From Octopus vulgaris (lineage: Eukaryota), in the NCBI GenBank assembly GCA_951406725.2, contig OX597825.1:69068001-69132000 (forward strand): a stretch of 64,000 nucleotides of DNA, written 5' to 3'. Below are positions 41,478-54,753 of the stretch, piece by piece; the stretch's first letter is position 1, and every line of letters starts with the position of its first letter. Made by a program: the position numbers and the translations under genes. The notes under the pieces are model-generated. The model was not told the DNA's origin. It saw nothing but the letters and a program-made list of their open reading frames with translations, and did no database searches.

Positions 41478-42620
41478 GGATGATGTCCTCTCCTGTATGT
41501 ATTTCAAAATGGAGCTCATCAAAGAAGCATTATATTGTTATTTCGTTACTGCCCACAAGGAGCTACACACAGAGGGAACAAACAAATGGATTAAGTCTAT
41601 TATATCGACCCCAGTGCATAACTGGTACTTATTTTAATCGACCCCGAAAGGATGAAAGGCAAAGTCGACCCCGGCGGAATTTGAACTCAGAACGTAGCGG
41701 CAGTTGTCAGATAAATTTCTTTGTTTCTTCTTGGCTCCCCATCGTCACATCTGAAATGAAGTAACATTTATTCAAATTTTTAAAGCGATAAAAGAAAGTT
41801 GTAAAGAAAGAATAGAACTAAAAAAAACACCTAAAGCACTAGAGTAAGATTTAAATGATTTTGATTATTTTATTTTTTAAACCCCACAAAATGCAGTTTA
41901 TAAGAAATTATATATGATGGTTTGTATTTCAATATCTTAAGGTTAGCTCCGCTGAGGCAGACTTTGGCTTTTATCCTTTCGTGGTCGATAAATTAAGTAC
42001 TAGTACTATACTGAAGTCGAATTAATCCACTGGCCCTCCTCCCCCAAAATTTTTTGCCTTGTGCCTAGTGTAGAAAAGAATATATTAAGCTTAGCAAGAC
42101 GGTGAGCTGCCAGGAAAGGTAACACTCCGGGTAAAATGCTAAGCGGTATTTCGTTCGTCTTCAGGTTCTTGACTCATATTCCGCAGTGGCCGACCTCACC
42201 TTTCATCGTTTCGGGGTCAATAAAATAAGTATCACTTGAAAACTGAGGTGGATGTAATCGATTAACCCCCTCCCCCGAAGTTGCTGGCTTTGTGCCAAAA
42301 TTTCAAATCAATATTTTAAGGTTAGCTGTCAGAATCATTAGCTCGCAGTACAAGATGCTTAGCGGCGTTTTGTCTTTACATTTGGAGTTCAAATTCCGCC
42401 GAGGCTTAATTTGCCTTTCATCCTTCAGGGTCAATAAAACGAGTAGCAGTTGAGGATTTTGGTTAATGTAATTAACTATCTTCATCCACTGAATTTGCTG
42501 GTCTTGTGCCAAAATTTGAAGTCAATATTTTAAGCCCAGGGACACATCTTCATGAAAGCCATCAAGAAATGCTGTTAAGCTGACTTCAGTGCTATGTAGA
42601 GTCTGATCATACGACTATAC

Positions 42621-43028
42621 CTCTTTTTACTCTTTTACTTGTTTCAGTCATTTGACTGCGGCCATGCTGGAGCACCGCCTTTAATCGAGCAACTCGACCC
42701 CGGGTCTTATAAGCCCAGTACTTATTCTATCGGTCTCTTTTGCCGAACTGCTAAGTGACGGGGACATAAACACACCAGCATCGGTTGTCAAGCGATGGTG
42801 GGAGGACAAACACAGACACACAAACAAACACACATACATATATATATATATATATACATATATACGACAGGCTTCTTTCAGTTTCCGTCTACCAAATCCA
42901 CTCACAAGGCATTGGTCAGCCCGGTGCTATAGCAGAAGACACTTGCCCAAGATGCCACGCAGTAGGACTGAACCCGGAACCATGTGGTTGGTTAGCAAGC
43001 TACTTACCACACAGCCACTCCCGCGCCT
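42621..43028 (-). mobile_element. tRNA-derived SINE family C (internal TA/TG microsatellite, CR1-group-like tail), full length
   Basis: Head aggcgcgggagtggctgtgtggtaag...gggttcagtcc; tail ggcggtgctccagcatggccgcagtcaaatgactgaaacaagtaaaagagtaaaagag. Other copies or parts lie at ~5407-5630, 13865-14075, 20460-20627, 23505-23700, 36460-37113, 45888-46320, 50105-50320, 50640-51037 and 62168-62320. Confidence 0.9.
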
Positions 43029-43422
43029 CTCAATATTACATGAAATTACCTCTCAATATTACATGAAAAAAAAAAGAGTGTCCTAGCCTTAAAACACTGA
43101 AAAACAAGGTAAAAGTACAAATTATCGACTTCATTTCATATTTCTCATTTATTTCACTTTGTAATAATTTATGCATTATGAAAGCCATACTACTCTACTT
43201 TCATAAAAACAAATATTTTTCATGTTAATTGAATTGACATTTGAAATGATTAATAGAAATAGTATAGACGAACTGAACTGGATAGCACTATGCTAGGACA
43301 AAGGGGCATGGGCTAAACCGGCCTGATCTCCGTGATAATATATACATTAATCAGATAACAGATTACATATTTTATAAGATAAAACTTACTTGGAAAAGGA
43401 TGCGTGGCGCTCGATCATATAA

Positions 43423-43815
43423 TCTTTATATATAAAAGAGAGGTTGTGTGTTTGTCTCCTACGATTTAGATTCCTAACTACTCCCACATTTTGCGGTGCA
43501 GTTTAACCAAAACCGGGTATCTTATAGTCGTGATTCATATCGAGCCCTTCTGGGTATTAGCGCGCGTCTACGATGAGTCTACGATTTAAAAAAAAATTTA
43601 CCATCAATTTTCCCCATTTTTAATGCATTTTTTGGCATATATAAGGGAAGTAACTCTCTAAAAATTTATTATTAAATCTCAGAACGTAAAAAGCTACAGT
43701 AACACCCCCCTTTGTGGCTAGCCATACTGAGATGGCTATTATACTTTACATCTCTAAAAATGCTTATATAGTTATTTCCCTTACAAACCCGAGCAACGCC
43801 GGGCGATACTGCTAG
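43423..43815 (+). mobile_element. Non-autonomous Helitron
   Basis: A|TC 5' end, subterminal hairpin cccgagcaacgccggg, CTAG|T 3' end and no TSD. A second copy lies at 54110-54432. Confidence 0.9.
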
Positions 43816-44043
43816 TAATATATAAATAAATGCTTATATACATACATATATGTCCATACCTACATATGTATGTAAATATATATATGCATATATGGGTATA
43901 GGACATAAAAAAAAACGTTGAACACAATGAGAAACGAAAACAAAAACATAAAAGGTGGTGTAGACAACAAACATGTATTACACTAATACATCTGTTTGTT
44001 GTCTTACACCACCTGTCTTCGTTTTTTTGTGAATTTTCTCCAT

Positions 44044-44078
<35 letters not shown>

Positions 44079-44110
44079 CATGCATGTATGTATGTCTGTA
44101 TGTGAGCATT

Positions 44111-44147
<37 letters not shown>

Positions 44148-44887
44148 GTATATATATTTATCTTTCTATATATGTGTGTTTATCTGTGTGTGTATTACTT
44201 GTATATCTATGTACCTGTAAAGGTATATATCCACATTTGTTCACGCACACGCACACTGACGCAAACATTCACACGTATATAAGATTGTGCCGTAAATCTT
44301 TCAGAGCAGTCAAGGTGCCCTGGATCAAAAGTTTGAAAAATTGCGGTGCTAGAGTATACATACACAAATACACGTATATGCATTTGTCTGTATATATATG
44401 TGTGTGTTTGTGTATGTGTTTGTATATGCTATATTTGTTGTGCATTTAGTACATTGTGGAAAATGCTTAACAGTAGTTCATCCGTCTTAACGTTCTGAGT
44501 TGAAATGCCGTCGGGGTAGACTTTGCTTTCCATCCTTTCGCGGTCGATAAGATAAGTACCAGTTTGATCACCGAGGATCGGTCTAATCGACTCAGCCCCT
44601 TCTCCGATTGTGTCAAATTTGGAAACAAATATTTGTTGTGCAACAGTATTGACCCATTTTCACAGTGAAAAGAATGCCCTTATTTGCAATTTAAATCGGT
44701 GTTTCTAATAATGGTTTGTTGTTTCATGAAGTGCCTTACCTGCAATTCGCACCCTAATGTGGATCACTACTCATAAAGTTCTTGAGTGGGGCTGATATAT
44801 CTTCTGGACTAATCCCCTTACTCGTTATCATTCAGTCGTAATAATGCCTGTTTCTAACTGGATATTTTATCCTTATTTTTTTATATA

Positions 44888-45188
44888 TGCGTCCTTTTCA
44901 AGCCTTGCCAGGCTCATGGGCCCGGTTTCTATGGCGTATGTGTCCCCCCCTCCAGCTGGACGGGACGCCAGTCCATCGCAGCGTTACTCAATAAACAGGA
45001 AGAAAGAGTGAGAGAAAGTTGGGGCGAAAGAGTACAACAGGAGTCGCCACCCACCCTCCTGCCTGAGCCTCGTGGAGCTTTTAGGTGTTTTTCGCTCAAT
45101 AAACACACACAATGCCCGGTCTGGGAATCGAAACCGCTATCCTCCGTCCGCGAGTCCGCTGCCTTGACCACTTGGCCATTGCGCCTCC
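44888..45188 (-). mobile_element. SINE family B head with V-domain-like 3' half (tail type c)
   Basis: Same tRNA head as family B, followed by ctgcgatggactggcgtcccgtccag...gaaaccgggcccatgagcc. Confidence 0.85.
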
Positions 45189-45813
45189 ACATTTTATCCT
45201 TTTTTTGATATATTAAATTTGTGAACTGTAATTTAACTACTGCTTAACTGTGTTAAGTTGATAGTATCTGTTAATCATTAACCACAGAGATTTACTATTT
45301 TATATATAACCAACTGTCTTGATCATCAATCAATAATCAGGACAACCTATACGAATAATTGGACAGCGGCAAAATACTTTGTGAGTCAAAATGGTGCTCC
45401 TAAATCACGTCTCGTATATGAATCATTACCAAAATAGACGTCACATGACGGCACTTAAGCCCATGACAGTTCATGCTTGTGAATTAAATATATTTCTTTT
45501 AATTTCGTAGTCCTTTTCAGAAAAGTAAAATGAAGACAAAAAAATACACGAAAAAATATCATTACTAAAAATTTAAATAAAACGTATGTTCTCTTGTTTT
45601 TTTTTCTGTTTTTTTTCTTCTTTTTTTTTATGAGGTCAGTTCGAAAGTAACACTTCAGTTTAAAGTTGGCATTAAAATATTATTTATTGCCCAATCGCTA
45701 TCTCATTATTTCTTGTGACCTATATTCTCTAGTGGTTTACAGATACTGCTACTAAAGGGAAGAGAATCGCTTCGGGCTTTTAAAATGGCGAGGAATTTGT
45801 ATATATACATATA

Positions 45814-45885
45814 CAGTAATCCCTCGACTATCGTGACTGTTATGTTCCAAAACACCCGCCATAGGTGAAAATCTAGGAAGTACTG
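45814..45885 (+). mobile_element. pogo/Tigger-like MITE left end
   Basis: ta|cagtaatccctcgactatcg...gttcca...cccgccataggtgaaaatc. No matching right end was found. Confidence 0.5.
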
Positions 45886-45887
45886 AA

Positions 45888-46086
45888 CTCTTTTACTCTT
45901 TTACTTGTTTCAGTAATTTGACTGCGGCCATGCTAGAGCACCGCCTTTATTCGAGCAAATCGACTCCAGGACTTATTCTTTGGAAGCCTAGTACTTATTC
46001 TATCGGTCTCTTTTGCCGAACCGCTAAGTTGTGGGGACGTAAACACACCAGCATCGGTTATCAAGCGATGTTGGGGGAACACACAC

Positions 46087-46147
<61 letters not shown>

Positions 46148-46320
46148 CATATATACGACGAGCTTCTTTCACTTTTCTTCGACCAAATCCACTCACAAGA
46201 ATTTGGTCGGCCCGAGGCTATAGTAGAAGGCACTAGCCCAAGGTGCCACGCAGTGAGAATGAACCCGGAACCATGTGGTTCGTAAGCAAGCTACTTACCA
46301 CACAGCCACTCCTGCGCCTA
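45888..46320 (-). mobile_element. SINE family C, full length
   Basis: Near-identical to 42621-43028. Confidence 0.9.
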
Positions 46321-46326
46321 TACTGT

Positions 46327-46787
46327 GAAAGTGTGCCTAAAGCCAGCTGGAGACGATGATCTCCTGGGGCTAAAGGCTACAGTAACACCCACCCTTAGTG
46401 GTTAGCCATATTGAGATGGCTAGTATACTTTATGTTGTCGAGCGGTTACTGTTTACATCTCGTTCAGAGATTTATTATTGCTTGCAGACAGTTTTTCGAA
46501 ATCAGTGACGGAAGTTACTAGAAAAACCCATAAGTATTTGCAAACAGGTCTTCCTTTCATCGTAAACCGGTGATTACCGTACGTTGACAAGAGGCAAATT
46601 TCCTCGAAACTGCAGTTCGTGCGTATCGCTTAGGTTTACGAGAGAGGGATGACCTCCCTTTGCAAATACCATAAGGGCACAGAAAGTGTGCCTAAAGCCA
46701 GCTGGAGACGATGATCTCCTGGGGCTAAAAGCTACAGTAACACCCACCCTTAGTGGTTAGCCATATTGAGATGGCTAGTATACTTTA
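46327..46787 (+). mobile_element. Candidate retrozyme-like element: 355-bp unit with 106-bp terminal direct repeats
   Basis: 46327-46432 matches 46682-46787 with 1 mismatch. The interior is rich in hairpins and contains a hammerhead. No ORF is present in the track. Confidence 0.7.
46578..46623 (+). ncRNA. Type I hammerhead ribozyme, U3-A8 core variant
   Basis: Stem I cgtacg/cgtgcg; core TTGACAA (46584-90); stem II gagg-caaattt-cctc; GAAA (46606-09); stem III ac-tgca-gt within the palindrome aactgcagtt; GUU triplet with predicted cleavage at 46617/46618. Confidence 0.8.
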
Positions 46788-48191
46788 CGGTTTGAAGGAA
46801 GTTAAACGGTTATATAGTTCTTTCATAATGGAGCTTTCCTTTATCCCATCGTAAAACGCAGAGCTGCATTTTTTCATATATAAGATTGGTTTCTCACAGG
46901 TTTCAGAGTTAAAGTATTCAAGCGATCATCTCTTCCACTTTATACTTTTGTTGTCGAATAGCCAAGAATGAAACGTAATGTCAAATCTATTAGGATTTCA
47001 CTTAAGAACGGAGGCGTTAAGCAAATACTAAGTTATTCGTTTCTCTTCATTCGAGCCCCAGCAATTTGCCTTCTTCATGGAGAACCCCCAAAGATTTTAT
47101 ACACTCCACAATTATCACACAAATATTGTTGAGTATCAAAGTACCATGTCTGATTATCTTCGATATTTTAATAATTCTATAATATTGAACTGATTAGCTT
47201 GATTGTAGAAAGTGGTGCTTAAAGCAAGATACAGAGATTTATGGTTGCTCTTGTTGATTGAATGTAATTCATATTAAATAACTGAAGAACAGTACGGAGG
47301 TTTTGAAAGCAAAATATTTTGAAATTGTTTATTTCGCTCGTACAACCGAATTCCATACTTTGAGCTTCGAAATTTTAAAGGCTATTGTGTAAAGGGTAAT
47401 AAGGAAATTTTTCGTCGATTGCATTTCCCTACAAATAAGACAAACATATCTATTTTTGGTATGAAACCATAGATTTCAGAGGGAACAGGGTTAGGAGTTT
47501 AAATTTACACCGATACCTGGTTATTCCTTTATTTTACCGATCATAAAAGACTGAAAAACAAACGTGGCTTTCTCTGGACTGTACCTAAACACCGCAAATC
47601 ATTTCTGTTCAATATTCTAACGATTGATCCAGATAATATTTTTAATCAAAATTATTCCTTAGAATTAAACTATGAGTAATGTTACTTAGTCAACCGTTTA
47701 GATAGTCACACCTGTCAATGTATAATCACTCAGTATCTTTATATACATTAGTCATCTACATCTTGGGCGGAACTGTTAAGTAAATAAATAACTGATGAGG
47801 TCTAAAACTACCGCAAAGTGGATATAGTTATCTCAGTAAAGCGTACCTGTTGAACAACATGTTTCTTTGTTTTAGATTTGGGAATTGACACCATAGCATT
47901 TCTTATTCAGAATTTAACATTACGTTAAATAAGAAACTTATTTTCCCTCAGGAAACTAGTGCAGACTACAACCGCCTCTACTTAACTATACAAAGACAAG
48001 AACCGACTAACTCAAGCGAATTGAAAAACGGTTATTATATCATGGCAATCAGCACACAGAAAATGAAGACAACTGTGATATTTCTTCTCCTACGTGATTT
48101 GTTTATAGGAAAATAACTGGTGTCATGTAACTAATTGTAGATCAGATTTATTGCTTATTTTGGTTTAGTGTCCAAAAATAACGACCTATCT

Positions 48192-48236
<45 letters not shown>

Positions 48237-48255
48237 GCACATGTGCATATACATA

Positions 48256-49438
48256 CAGGGGTTGGACAAAATAATGGGAACAACTTAAAAATTCAAATAA
48301 ATTCATTTTAATATGGGTTAGGTCCGACTATGGCACTAATTACAGCTTGAATTCTACGAGGTATGGACTCGTAAAAAGTTTGAATTTTTGTCCATTCTTC
48401 AACTAAAACAGCCTCCGGTTCTTGTAGTGATGATGGTGGAGGATATCGACTCCTTACTTGTTTTTCTAAAATGCATAAAAAATGTTCAATAATATTGAGA
48501 TCTGGGGACTGTGGTAGCCAAATAAAATGTTTAACTTCATTAAAATATTCCTCGTGCCATTCAGTAACAACTTTAGCTGTGTGAATTGGTGCATTATCAT
48601 CCTGAAAGATTGTGTTTCCTTCTGGAAACAGTTCTGCAACCATAGGAGGAATTTGATCATATAAAATGCTTAAGTAGTCTTGACTATTAATTCTGCCATG
48701 AAAGGAAACCATAGCCCCGCAAATCATCACAGATCATCCTTCGTGTTTAACAGTTGGAAGAAGGCAGTCGTCTGGATAAAATGCTTCTTTTGGCTATCTG
48801 CATGCATATACTCAAAAATAAGGTAAAGGTTGACTGACTCGTCCGAGAAAATAACATTTTTCCATTGTTATAGGGACCTATTCTATAGGTTTTTACTCCA
48901 CTGTAAATGCTTTGCAAAGTTTGTTTTTCAAAATAGTGGTTTTCTGATCGTAGACCCCGTGAAATCCGGCTTTCTGTAGCTCCCGGCAAACAGTTTTTAT
49001 GGAAACTGGGTTCTCGAGGTGGTCATTAAGCTCTACAGTAATTGTGAGTACTGTACGTTTGTGATTTTTTCTAACAATTCGCGTAAGAATCCGACGGTCC
49101 CTATTAGAAAGTTTTGGTTTCTTGCAGAGTTTTGTTTCGACGACGAAGTTTTTACCTCTTTCTCAAAGGCTGTCATTACTTTCGAAACAGTGCTTCTTGA
49201 TACACCAAACATTTCGGCTGTTTTCGTTACGCTAGCGCCTGTCATACGAGCAGATAGATTTATCATTTTAATGAATTTTAATTACCTTTTTTTGATGATA
49301 TCTGAAAAGAAACAGAAATTTTAGCAAAACATAATAAATCACAAAAATAAAAATAACCAAGCTTTTGACAGTTTTGTAGATATTTCAAAATTATGATGCT
49401 ATGACACTGGGTATTTCCATTATTTTGTCCAACCCCTG
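48256..49438 (-). mobile_element. Tc1 DNA transposon, both ends intact, transposase disrupted
   Basis: TIRs caggggttggacaaaataatgg / ccattattttgtccaacccctg flanked by TA. HTH ARMTGASVTKTAEMFGVSRSTVSKVM and catalytic IFQDDNAPIHTA...PQSPDLNIIEH (DD34E-type) lie in different frames. Confidence 0.95.
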
Positions 49439-49983
49439 TATATATATATAAAATATAATTATAACAAAGGGCGCTGAAGGGACAGCGCCTGTACGCTAGA
49501 GTCGACGTCAAACGTTTAACACAAGGATGTATGCGAGGAAATTAGTGTTATTCACGACTACCAGTTGCTTTAAGAACTTTCTTTCGTGGAACTGAATGCC
49601 TGCAACAAGCACACTGTATATTTGGCAAAATGAAGATAGGGATATGTTTACCGATATTACAAAGTTATATCGACCCAATTTCTTATTTTTTAAGAACCTG
49701 GTTCTTATTTCCTTTCTTTTGCTGATCTGCGAGATTACAGAGACATAAACAAAACAACACCGCTTGACAAGCGACGCTAGATGTCAGACGCAAACACAAA
49801 GAGACACAAACACACATATACAAGACGGACATCCTCACAATTTCCGTCAATCAATTTTTACTCACAATTTTTTTGTGTGCAAAGGGCTATGATCAATGAC
49901 ACATTCCCCAACGTGCCACACACTGCGACTGAACCTGGAACGACTTGGTAGCAATGTGAGTGAGTCCCTTTACGCAGCCATGC

Positions 49984-50062
<79 letters not shown>

Positions 50063-50324
50063 CATATATATACATGCATACACACATACATACATATATA
50101 TATATTTTTATGTTTCAGTCATTTTGACTGCGGTCGTGCTGAGGCACCGCCTTGAAGTGTTTTAATCAAATATATCGACCACAGGACTTATTATTTTTTG
50201 AAGCCTAGTACTTATTTTGTCGTTCTCTTTTGCTGAACCATTAAGTTACAGAGACATAAACATGCCACCGTCGGTTGTCAAGCGGTGATTGGGGAGAATC
50301 ACAAACACAGAGGCACATATCGAG

Positions 50325-50565
50325 AGGAGGTACGTGACCTAGTGGTTAGGGTGTTGGACTCATGATCGTAAGATTGTGGTTTCGATCCTGGACCGGGCAC
50401 CACTTTGTTTTCTTGTGCAAAACACTTCATTTCATGTTGCTCTAGTCCACTCAGCTGGGATTAAAATGAGTTATCCTGCGACGGACTGGCGTCCTGTTCA
50501 GGTGGGGAATATCTACGCCATGGAAACCAGCCCTATGAGTCTATATGACTCAGGAAGGAACATTA
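50325..50565 (+). mobile_element. SINE with head D, CORE-like segment and V-like tail c, inserted in a family-C SINE
   Basis: ggtacgtgacctagtggttaggg...ctcatgatcgtaag...gttgctctagtccactcagctgg...cctgcgacggactggcgtcc. Confidence 0.75.
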
Positions 50566-50569
50566 CTTA

Positions 50570-50640
<71 letters not shown>

Positions 50641-53297
50641 ACCATTTACTTGTCTCAGTCATGAAACTGCGGTCATGCTAAGGCACCTCCTTCAAAAATT
50701 TTAATGAAACGAATCAAATCCAGTAATTATTATTTTGCAGTCTGGTACTTATTCTATCATGATCTTTTGACGAACCGCTAAGTCCCAGGGACATAAACAT
50801 ACTAACATTGATTTTAAAGTGGTAGTGGGGGAGTAACACAGATACAAAGACACACATACACATAGACATACACATATATGCATAGATATATGCGATGGGA
50901 ATCTTTCAGTTTCCGTCTACCGAATCTACTCGTAAGATTTTGGTCGATCCGAAGCTATAGACCCTAAGTGCCATGCAGTGGAACTGAACCCGGAACCATG
51001 CGTTTAGGAAGTAGACTTCTTATCACACACCCACACTGTTCTTTAAAATATGCTACCACAACATTTTTGTTAACGAAATAGAATAACGCGCAGAAATTTA
51101 AATGTATTTGACGGGGACCGAAGGCCAATTCAAATATTCAATAGTTTTTGCAGTAAAAATGTCAGACGTCTCGCTAAACAGACGGAGAGACAATTTACCT
51201 CCGTTTTAAAACAAAACAGCCCGCCAGACGTACAAATGAAATTTTTCGCTTTTAGATAATATCAAAGAAACGCAAAAGCGTCAGTTTAATACAACTATCT
51301 TTCTTTGAATAGGCTCTAATTTCTCTTTAATAAGATGGAGTATCTGGTTATTCTATAAGCACTGCGTCAATAAAATTGCAATATTAAAACTGCCAGCTAA
51401 TCATACATTCTAGACGAGATGGACATGAAAAATAATGGACTAATCTGATTGGCTAGAAGTTTTCTGCTATTGAATAGTTAGCCTTAGGGTTGCCAAGAGA
51501 CCTCCCACCCTAAAAAGACCAAAAAGCCCCCAAAACATTTATAATTCTATACATTATTCATTTTAGAGAGGAATAGTTAATTATTGAAGCTGAATATCTA
51601 AATGTTTCATGATATCTTAATCAATAAAATAATTAAAATAAAGTTATATCAAACCACATTTTAATTTTCTCAAAATGCGATAATTCGATAATTTCATTGA
51701 TACTAATAACTTCATATTACATTACGTACATATATACATACAAACAAATACATACACACACACACACACATACACACATATATATATACACATATATATA
51801 GCGACTTCAGAGTGACAGACATAAGTTAGTTTAAGGTTTGTGCATGTTCTTAATAGTTAATCAATAAAAGACGTTCTCTGTTTGTGGCTACCTAGCGTCA
51901 TCGACCGTAAATACACAAATCGTACATTTTCCCACCCGCGATGGATGGATGAAGGATGTGTTGAAACGACCATTGTGAGAGATAAACTTTTCTCCGTGTA
52001 ATCTATTTTCCGTCTCTATCTTTATACACATATATATATATATATATATAATATATATAATATATGCATACATACATATATCTACATACCTACATATATA
52101 TGTATATATCAAAAGACACGTTGAACATCAAAAGACGGTGGAACACAACGAGAAACGAAAACATAAAAGCAAAAACAGAGAAACGAGACATGCAACATAA
52201 AGAATATTCCCCTTCTTCAGTTGTCCCTGTTTCATCTACTCCGCGTTACGAAAGCAAGGACAATACGCGACTTCGTTGAAACAGTCCTTCCCGCAAAGCA
52301 AATTAAATAAAATTTGGAATTTTTTGCGGAAAGTGAAAGTGGTAACAAGAATAGGACAGTGGGAACAAAACAGTAAAACAAACGGTGAGCCAAGACGATA
52401 TAAAAATTATTATGAACGTTAGGAAGTCGAGCTCAGGAAGGAGACAGTATAAGGACATTTTTTCTTTACGAAGGTAGTGGGCAGAAAGATAGATTCACTT
52501 TCGTCACGTGTCAGCGACGAGAGAGTACATGTATATATCTGAATATATATGAAGCAAAATACATGTTGTGGTTATATTTTTCAAAGTTTTCATTAAAACA
52601 GATAAGCTAAATTCTAGCATGATAACTTGAAAACTAAGACACGTACATCAAAATATAAGCAACCATACACAACTGATTCAAAGAACTTTTCACGTAACGA
52701 ATTTCTCTTTTGTTGAATATACAATTTTGTCAGAAATCTTACCTAAAATTTCGTTCACATTTGGTACCAACAGTCCGAGCACGTACTTAGGTTTAATCAC
52801 ATAGCACACAGTAATCATTGCTTGGGGTTACCCGTAAAGCGAGGTTATATCTGGTTTTATGAAACGTATCTGAATTATAACTGGCTGTGAAACCTCTAAA
52901 ATAGTGTAGGACTGAATCATAAGCAGTTAAATTATATTGAATACATACCTAGAAACAGATATACATGCATAACTACATACATAAAAATACATACAAAGAT
53001 ACATCCATCCATACATATATGTGTATCTATGTATATATGCATGTATCTATGTATGTGTATGTGTGTGTGTGTGTGCGTGCTTGTGTGTATGTGACTGTGT
53101 GTGTGCGTGTGTAATCCCATAACGCGTGTGTTTAAAGAACTGTAAGCAGTAAAAGCGCTTACGCAATACAGAAACTATCTTTCAAACGGTGTTATTCTGA
53201 TTTTTGAAGTTTTTTTTTATATAGTTTATAATTTTTAAGCTAAGAAAATCTATCTTCTGATATATGTATGTATGTATGTATACACATATCAGGTTGC

Positions 53298-53404
<107 letters not shown>

Positions 53405-54109
53405 CATACATACATAGGAACTTGTATGTGTGTTAATGTACGTTAGTATACTTGTGATTATAAATGTATACATACATGAACACTTATACACATACATAAA
53501 AATATCTTTCCTTGGTTTTAGTATAAATTTACGGTCAGTTGTTTTGGTGAATTTAAAATTTACTGCCAATAAACGAGTTATTCTCGAAAGACTTGTAAAT
53601 ATAGATTTCGTGAACATTGTTAAAAATACACATGCCTATAAACACTCGCTTGTTTATGTATAATATATATATATATTTATATGTGTGTGTATGTATACAT
53701 ATGTCTATGTATACGTGTGTGTATGCAGCTGTGAATACAAAGACTTACTCATTCTCTCTCTCTTTCTCTTGCTCTCTCACCAACACACGTGTATATACAT
53801 ACATGTCAATGCACAAGGATGTACACATGCATTTATATGATTTTTTTCATTCCTTATGACATCTCTGATTTTTCTTTATACATTGCTATTTAAATTGTCA
53901 ATATCACTTCGAATTAGTGTCTCGGTTAATTTGATTTCTTCATTTTGTTCAAGACAAGAAGTACGTCATACAATAACAAAATTTTACATATTATTTTACT
54001 AGTTTGCTGTTTACTTTCATTCACTGTAATAAGACTGTTTCTTGGGCAATGCATTGTCTGTTATCGTCGAATATATTGAGCAGGGTTTCATTGCATCTAG
54101 TACAGCATA

Positions 54110-54432
54110 TCTTTATATATAAAAGTGAAGTTGTGTGTCTGTCTCCTACAATTTAGATTCCTAAATACTCCCAGATTTTGCGGTGCAGTGTAACCAAAAG
54201 CGGGTATCTTATAGTCGTGATTTTTTCCCATTTTTAATGCATTTTGTTTGCTATTATATAAGGTAAGTAACTCTCTAAAAATGTATTATTAAATCTCAGA
54301 ACGTAAAAAGCTACAGTAACACCCGCCTTTGTGGTTAGCCATATTGAGATGGCTATTATACTTTACATCTCTAAAAATGCTTATATAGTTATTTCCCTTA
54401 CAAACCCGAGCAACGCCGGGCGATACTGCTAG
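54110..54432 (+). mobile_element. Non-autonomous Helitron (internally deleted copy)
   Basis: A|TC...cccgagcaacgccgggcgatactgCTAG|T; matches 43423-43815. Confidence 0.9.
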
Positions 54433-54753
54433 TTTTATATAAGTAGATGTGAGAATGTATGGCGATATATAGCTTTCATCTTTTATTTTCACTTATTGCA
54501 TCAATTTAGTTTCACTTATTGCATCAATTTGAAAGGTGAAGTCAAACAAAGGTGAAGTCAAACAAATTGTCTTTAGTATTTACTTTTTTAAAGTTTGGTA
54601 CTTACGCTAATGGTCTGTCTTGCCGACACCCTCAAGTTATTGGGACGTAAACAAACCAACACTAGCTATCAAACGCAAGGGTAACACACACACACGCGTA
54701 TATAAAACGGATTTTAACTGTTTTCTGATTTTAAAACGGTTACGCGTTCAAAA

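Noticed and set aside
46327-46787. Interpretation as an LTR element (TRIM)
   Set aside because: The repeats lack TG...CA ends, and no PBS, PPT or flanking TSD was seen.
48308-48730. Transposase ORF as a functional or domesticated gene
   Set aside because: It is only the C-terminal part; the upstream domains are frameshifted within a TIR-bounded element.
54487-54566. Two adjacent ~20-bp tandem duplications (another at ~43026-43067)
   Set aside because: These look like ordinary slippage or repair duplications with no further structure.
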